Positions 58,840 through 64,000 of a stretch of 64,000 nt of DNA are shown piece by piece (the first letter of the stretch is position 1; each line of letters begins with the position of its first letter). Position numbers and translations under genes: made by a program. The stretch covers positions 864,001-928,000 of the forward strand of contig CAVUKA010000001.1 of the NCBI GenBank assembly GCA_963741945.1, in the 5' to 3' direction. The stretch is from an uncultured Gemmatimonadales bacterium (GTDB lineage Bacteria; Gemmatimonadota; Gemmatimonadetes; Longimicrobiales; RSA9). Under the pieces are notes generated by a model. That model had not been told where the DNA came from, searched no databases, and saw only the letters and a list, made by a program, of their open reading frames with translations.

Positions 58840-59711
58840 GTCCCGGCAAGGAGTTGCGGAACCGACTGGAGGGGCGCGCGACGCTCCCCTTCATAGGCGT
58901 CTACGACGTCTTCTCGGCGTCGCTCGCCGGGCGCCATTTCGATGCCCTCTTCCTCAGCGGATTCGGCTTCGCCGCCAGCCACTACGGGCTACCGGACGTG
59001 GGGTTCGTGGCATGGCCTGACATGGTTTCACTGGTCCAGCGGATCCGCGCGATCCTGCCCCGGCACCACCTTCTGGTGGACATCGACGACGGCTACGGGG
59101 ATCCCGTGGTGGCCGCACGCGTCGCTGCGACCCTCGAACAGGCGGGCGCGTCCGGTGTGGTCCTGGAAGACCAGCGCCGCCCCCGCCGGTGCGGTCATCT
59201 CGGCGGCAAGCAGCTCCTCGAGCTGGATGAGTACCGGCCCAAGCTGGAGCGGGTGCTGCAGGCCCGCTCCGACCTCTTCATCGTGGCCAGGACCGATGCG
59301 AGTGACCCACCGGAAGCGCTTCGGCGGGTGCGGGCATTCGCCGAAGCCGGCGCGGATGCGGTCCTGGTGGATGGGGTGGACCTCGACGTGGTCCGGACTC
59401 TCCGCGGAAAGGTGGACCGTCCTTGGGCATTCAATCAGATCGCCGGGGGCAAAGCCGAGCCGCGATCGCTTCAGGAGCTGAGTTCGGCAGGAATACAAAT
59501 GGCCATCTACAGCACGCCTTGCCTGTTCGCCGCGCAGCACGCCATCGACCAGGCGTTGACACAGCTCATGGCCGATGGCGGACGTCTCCCCGAAGTCGGC
59601 CCCGGCCGCCCCGGATTGGCTGACTGCAACGCCGTCCTCCAGGAAAACCTTGGCGGCGTGATGCACCCGGAAGCCGCGACGACTGCGGATTCCGGTCTAC
59701 GGCCCCGCTGA
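58836..59711 (+). CDS. Isocitrate lyase/PEP mutase superfamily enzyme (oxaloacetate hydrolase-like)
   Basis: LSGFG, DIDDGYG, LEDQRRPRRCGH, ARTDA, MAIYS. Confidence 0.85.
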   Translation: MSPGKELRNRLEGRATLPFIGVYDVFSASLAGRHFDALFLSGFGFAASHYGLPDVGFVAWPDMVSLVQRIRAILPRHHLLVDIDDGYGDPVVAARVAATLEQAGASGVVLEDQRRPRRCGHLGGKQLLELDEYRPKLERVLQARSDLFIVARTDASDPPEALRRVRAFAEAGADAVLVDGVDLDVVRTLRGKVDRPWAFNQIAGGKAEPRSLQELSSAGIQMAIYSTPCLFAAQHAIDQALTQLMADGGRLPEVGPGRPGLADCNAVLQENLGGVMHPEAATTADSGLRPR

Positions 59712-62700
59712 TGCCCATGGCCACTCCTCCGCCGGAAAGCCTGTCCCACCTTTCACCCGCGGCCCGCGATCTACTCGCCCGCCGTTCCCGCGCGGACGAA
59801 TCGTCCTCAGCGGGCAGCGAGCCACTCAGGCATCGGCCGGGGGCCACCGAAGCTCCGCTCTCCTTCGGACAACAGCAGGTCTGGTTCTTTGAGCAGCTCG
59901 AGCCAGGCAGCGCGGTCTATCACCTGCCGAAGGAAGTGCGACTGCGCGGCCCTCTGGACGTCCCGGCGCTCGAGCGGGCGCTCGGCGAGGTTGTCCGCCG
60001 ACACGAGATCTTGCGCACGCGCTACGGCACGCTGGCCGATGGCGCGATCCGCCAGCTCGTCCTCCCGGCGGCCGGACGAGTGGAATTGCCGTGCGTCGAT
60101 GTGACCGCGTCGGCAACGCAAACGGACGAGCCGTCGGACGGCACCCTGGCGCAACCCGAAGCGCTGGCCAGGGGCGAAGGCTCGCCGTGGCGGCGACAGG
60201 TCGGCCTCGATGCGCTGCGGCCCTTCGATCTTGCGGCCGGAGAAGTCTTGCGGGCAAAGCTGTATCGCTTCGGGTCCGAGGACCACCTGCTTCACCTGGT
60301 CTTCCACCACATTGCGTTCGACGGCTGGTCGATGGGAGTGTTCCTGCGCGATCTCGCCAGCGCCTACGGGGGCGCGCTGCGAGGGGATGCGACGTTGCCG
60401 CCTCTCCCGATCCAGTACGGCGACCATGCAGCCTGGGAAGTGAGTCGGCTGGAATCGGGCAGGTTCGATGACGTCATCGACTACTGGCGACGGCGCCTTC
60501 GCGGCGCTCCGCCGGAGTCGACCTTCCCTGCATCCCGTCCGCGGCAGGTGGACCGGACGTATGCGGCGGCACAGGAGCATCGCCGGCTCCCAGACCACCT
60601 GAAGAGCGCTCTCCATGACATGGCCCGTCGACAGAACGCCACCGAGTCCGCCGTGCTCCTGGCCGCGTTCCAGGTCCTCCTGGCCCGCCACTCCGGGGCG
60701 CGGGACGTCGTCGTGGGCGTGCCCGTCGCCGGCCGCACCCGCAGTGAGCAGGAGGACCTCGTAGGCTATTTCGTCAACATGTTGCCCGCTCGGTTGGACC
60801 TTGCCGACGACCCTTCGTTTCGTCAGGTGGTCGACCGGGTCCGGACCGGGCTCCTCGAGGGCTTCGACCATCAGACCGTGCCGTTCGACCGCATAATCTC
60901 CGACCTGCGCGTACATCGCGATGCCGGGATCACGCCGCTCTTCCAGGTGGCGTTCAACGACCGGATTCTCCCGAACCAGGGAGCAGAGTTCGAAGGCCTG
61001 GACGTGGAGATGCGCGCTGGCTTCCACGCCCGGCACCTGCTTGATCTCAGCCTGGAGGTCGGGCACGTGGCCGGGACAATCGAGTGCGATCTGACGTACA
61101 GCCTGGAGCTGTTCGATCCGGGGTACGCCCGTACCCTCCTCCCTCAGCTCGAAACGGTTCTCCAGGCAATGATCGCCGACCCTGACGCCGCCATTACAGC
61201 GGCTCCCCTTCTTCGGCCGGCGGAGCGCTCACGCATCATCGAAGCGGGCCGGGGTCCCCGACGTCCAGTTCCTCCTTCGACCCTGATCCACGAGCTGGTG
61301 CAGGAGCAGGCCGCTCGGGACCCGGAAGCCAGCGCCATCATCGGTGACGAGGAAACGCTCACGTACGGAGAGATGAGGCGGCGGGCTGCAAGCCTCGCTG
61401 CGCGCCTGCGTAACGCGGGAATCGCCCCGGAGACGCGCGTCGGGGTCTTCGTCGACCGGTCTCCCGGACAGATCGTCGCCCTCCTCGGGGTCCTCGAGGC
61501 GGGCGGCGCCTACGTCCCCCTCGACCCATCCTATCCGCGGGAACGCCTGGCCTTCATTGCCCATGACTCGGGGATGGAGGCGATCGTCACGACGCGGCGG
61601 CTTCGCTCGCGCGTCCCCCTCGATTCGATCCCCGCCCTCTGTCTGGATGACCCGTCCACGCCCGACGGCTCCGACGCGGCACCTGCCAGCGTCATCAGGA
61701 ACGTGCCGTCGGACCCGCTGGCGTACATGATATACACATCCGGCTCCACGGGGACGCCGAAGGGAGTGGAAGTTACGCACGCCTCGGTGGCGAACCTCGC
61801 TGCGGCGGAGCGTGACCTGCTCCGCGTCGCGCCGGCCGATCGCGTGCTGCAGTTCTCGACAATCAATTTCGACGTGTCCGTGGCCGAGATCTTCACATCC
61901 CTCACGGCCGGTGCGGCCGTGGTGGTGTGCACTCCCTCGATGCTCACATCCGTCCCGCAGTTCGTGCGCGCGTGCGAGGCGAAGGGTGTGACGCTGCTCT
62001 CCATGAGCACCGCCCTCTGGCACGAACTCGTGGTGTCTCTGGCCGAAGGCGATGTCGAGATGCCGCCCGCCGTGAGAACCGTGATGATCGGGGGTGAAGC
62101 CGCGCGCCCGGACCGCCTTGAACTGTGGCGACGCCACGGCTCGGGCATACCCCTCATCAACGGCTATGGACCTACCGAGACCACGGTCTTCGCAACTGCC
62201 CAGGACCTGACTCACCCGGTGGCCGGGGAGGACGCCGTTGTTCCGATCGGGCGCCCGCTGCACAACGTGGATGTACACGTCCTTGACGAGCGGATGGCTG
62301 TAGTGCCGGCCGGCGTTCCCGGAGAGCTGTACATCGGTGGCCTGTGCGTCGGCCGGGGTTACCATGATCGCCCGGAGTTGACCGCGGAGCGGTTCCTTCC
62401 GGATCCGTTCTCCGCACGACCGGGGGGACGCCTGTACAGGACGGGAGACATCGTGCGGCGACGCGAGGATGGCGCCCTGGACTTTCTCGGCCGTCGAGAC
62501 AACCAGGTCAAGATCCGCGGGTTCCGCATTGAGGCCGGTGAGATCGAGGTGGCAATGGCTGCGCATCCCTCCGTGCGCACCGCCGTTGTCGTGCCGCGGC
62601 CCGATGGCGTGGGTGATCTCCGGCTCGTGGCCTACGTGGTGCCGGCCAGTGGCGTGTTCGACCGGCGCGTTCTCGCTGACCACCTCCGACGGTCGCTTCC

Positions 62701-64000
62701 CGAGTACATGATTCCGACGGCCTTCGTGCGACTCACGGAGCTCCCCCTCCTGCCCAATGGCAAGGTCGACCGGAAGGCACTTCCGGAACCTGATCCGGTT
62801 GGGGAAGCCGCGTTCGAGCCACCCCGGGGCCCCCGCGAGAGCGCGCTGTGCGAGATCTGGGAGAACGTGCTCGGTGTGCAGCCGATCGGACGGAACGTGG
62901 ACTTTTTCGATGTCGGCGGCCACTCGCTGTCTGCCATGCTGGTCGTCGGCCGCGCGGAGGCGGCGCTCGGGATGGAGGTGCCGCTCCGGGCGATCTTTGA
63001 GCACCGCACCGTAGCGCGCCTGGCGGCCTTCCTGGAACGTGCAGAACGGGAACGGGGAGCTCTGTTCCCGCCGATCGAGACCGGGACCGATGTACCCGCC
63101 CCGCTCTCCTTTGCGCAGCGACGTCTGTGGTTTCTCGATCGGCTGGCACCGGGAAGACCAACGTACAACATCCCACTCGCGTTCCAGCTCCGCGGCCACC
63201 TTGATCCCTCAGCACTGCGCAGCGCCTTGCGACGGATCGTGGAGCGGCACGAGCCGCTGCGCTCATGGATCCGCGAGGGCGTCAGCGGACCCGTCCAGGT
63301 CGTCGCGCCTGCCGACCTGTTCGAGCTCGCCGTCGAAGAGGTCCCGGGGGGTCCTGAAGACTCCCAACCCCGGGTGCTGCGCCGCCTGGAGGAGGAGGCG
63401 CACCGTGCGTTTCAGCTCTCGGACGAAATCCCGTTTCGCGCTCATCTCTTCCGGCTGGGCGCGCGCGAGCACGTGCTCTTCCTCTGCCTTCATCACACCG
63501 CTGCGGACGGCTGGTCCGTCGACATCCTCTTCGCGGAGCTTGAAGCGCTCTACGGCGCCGCCCTCGCCCGTGCGGAGCCGGACCTGCGGGCGCTCCCGGT
63601 CTCCTATTCCGACTACGCGAAATGGCAGCATCGGCACGAGGGTCTCCTGCAACCGGGCCTCGAGCGTTGGGTGAAGCGACTTCAGGGTGCGCGTGCGCTG
63701 GAGCTGCCCGTCGACCGCCCGCACACAGGAGTGCAGAGCGGCGCGGGCGGGGAGAGTCGAGCGCGGCTGGACGGCCACGTTCTGGAAGAACTGCGCGATC
63801 TCGCGCGAAGTGAGCAGACCACTCTCCACGTGGCACTATTGACTGCGTTCCACGTCATGCTTTCCCGGCTCAGCGGCCAGGATGACATCGTAGTCGGCAC
63901 GCCCGTGGCGGGCCGCGTTCGGCCGGAGCTCGAGCCGCTCGTCGGCATGTTCGCCAACACGGTCCCCATTCGCGTGGACCTCTCCGGCGAGCCGTCGTTC
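59711..64000 (+). CDS. Non-ribosomal peptide synthetase (C-A-T-C..., truncated by window end)
   Basis: Motifs all in one frame from the TGATG overlap: PLSFGQ, HHIAFDG (60305), YTSGSTGTPKG (61733), NGYGPTE, GGHSL (62915), PLSFAQ, HHTAADG (63491). Confidence 0.93.
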   Translation, partial: MPMATPPPESLSHLSPAARDLLARRSRADESSSAGSEPLRHRPGATEAPLSFGQQQVWFFEQLEPGSAVYHLPKEVRLRGPLDVPALERALGEVVRRHEILRTRYGTLADGAIRQLVLPAAGRVELPCVDVTASATQTDEPSDGTLAQPEALARGEGSPWRRQVGLDALRPFDLAAGEVLRAKLYRFGSEDHLLHLVFHHIAFDGWSMGVFLRDLASAYGGALRGDATLPPLPIQYGDHAAWEVSRLESGRFDDVIDYWRRRLRGAPPESTFPASRPRQVDRTYAAAQEHRRLPDHLKSALHDMARRQNATESAVLLAAFQVLLARHSGARDVVVGVPVAGRTRSEQEDLVGYFVNMLPARLDLADDPSFRQVVDRVRTGLLEGFDHQTVPFDRIISDLRVHRDAGITPLFQVAFNDRILPNQGAEFEGLDVEMRAGFHARHLLDLSLEVGHVAGTIECDLTYSLELFDPGYARTLLPQLETVLQAMIADPDAAITAAPLLRPAERSRIIEAGRGPRRPVPPSTLIHELVQEQAARDPEASAIIGDEETLTYGEMRRRAASLAARLRNAGIAPETRVGVFVDRSPGQIVALLGVLEAGGAYVPLDPSYPRERLAFIAHDSGMEAIVTTRRLRSRVPLDSIPALCLDDPSTPDGSDAAPASVIRNVPSDPLAYMIYTSGSTGTPKGVEVTHASVANLAAAERDLLRVAPADRVLQFSTINFDVSVAEIFTSLTAGAAVVVCTPSMLTSVPQFVRACEAKGVTLLSMSTALWHELVVSLAEGDVEMPPAVRTVMIGGEAARPDRLELWRRHGSGIPLINGYGPTETTVFATAQDLTHPVAGEDAVVPIGRPLHNVDVHVLDERMAVVPAGVPGELYIGGLCVGRGYHDRPELTAERFLPDPFSARPGGRLYRTGDIVRRREDGALDFLGRRDNQVKIRGFRIEAGEIEVAMAAHPSVRTAVVVPRPDGVGDLRLVAYVVPASGVFDRRVLADHLRRSLPEYMIPTAFVRLTELPLLPNGKVDRKALPEPDPVGEAAFEPPRGPRESALCEIWENVLGVQPIGRNVDFFDVGGHSLSAMLVVGRAEAALGMEVPLRAIFEHRTVARLAAFLERAERERGALFPPIETGTDVPAPLSFAQRRLWFLDRLAPGRPTYNIPLAFQLRGHLDPSALRSALRRIVERHEPLRSWIREGVSGPVQVVAPADLFELAVEEVPGGPEDSQPRVLRRLEEEAHRAFQLSDEIPFRAHLFRLGAREHVLFLCLHHTAADGWSVDILFAELEALYGAALARAEPDLRALPVSYSDYAKWQHRHEGLLQPGLERWVKRLQGARALELPVDRPHTGVQSGAGGESRARLDGHVLEELRDLARSEQTTLHVALLTAFHVMLSRLSGQDDIVVGTPVAGRVRPELEPLVGMFANTVPIRVDLSGEPSF

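Noticed and set aside
58836-59711. PEP mutase / phosphonate biosynthesis
   Set aside because: Lacks the EDKxxxxxNS motif and has the lyase-type EDQ...RCGH loop; carboxy-PEP mutase is not strictly excluded
1-64000. CRISPR array, rRNA, integrase or defence system
   Set aside because: No regularly spaced repeats or recognisable motifs seen by eye

Overview
Very GC-rich bacterial DNA; gene content and style suggest Gemmatimonadota (inference only). From left to right: (1) a peptidoglycan-recycling locus (Omp85-type barrel/propeller/peptidase protein, amidase, sodium:solute symporter, nagZ, anmK, murQ); (2) mixed housekeeping genes (nudC, ABC exporter, speB with an apparent 1-nt frameshift, pyruvoyl arginine decarboxylase, fur, two DHH phosphoesterases, a CoaE-PHP fusion, fused E1 alpha/beta); (3) signalling genes; (4) a ~10.6 kb multiheme cytochrome locus with 45 heme-binding motifs by manual count, including a CbcL-like cytochrome c/b fusion, a frameshifted ~20-heme NapC-type protein, a sigma54-type two-component system and tandem palindromes, next to tRNA-Lys(UUU); (5) the ffh-rpsP-rimM-trmD-rplS-rnhB operon; (6) an IS21-like end followed by a biosynthetic cluster. 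That cluster encodes an oxalate-CoA-ligase-like enzyme fused to a carrier domain, an oxaloacetate-hydrolase-like enzyme and an NRPS (C-A-T-C...) that runs off the window and is missing from the ORF track. The best candidates for undescribed systems are the putative oxalyl-starter NRPS pathway and the multiheme electron-transfer locus. All assignments come from reading motifs by eye; no searches were run.
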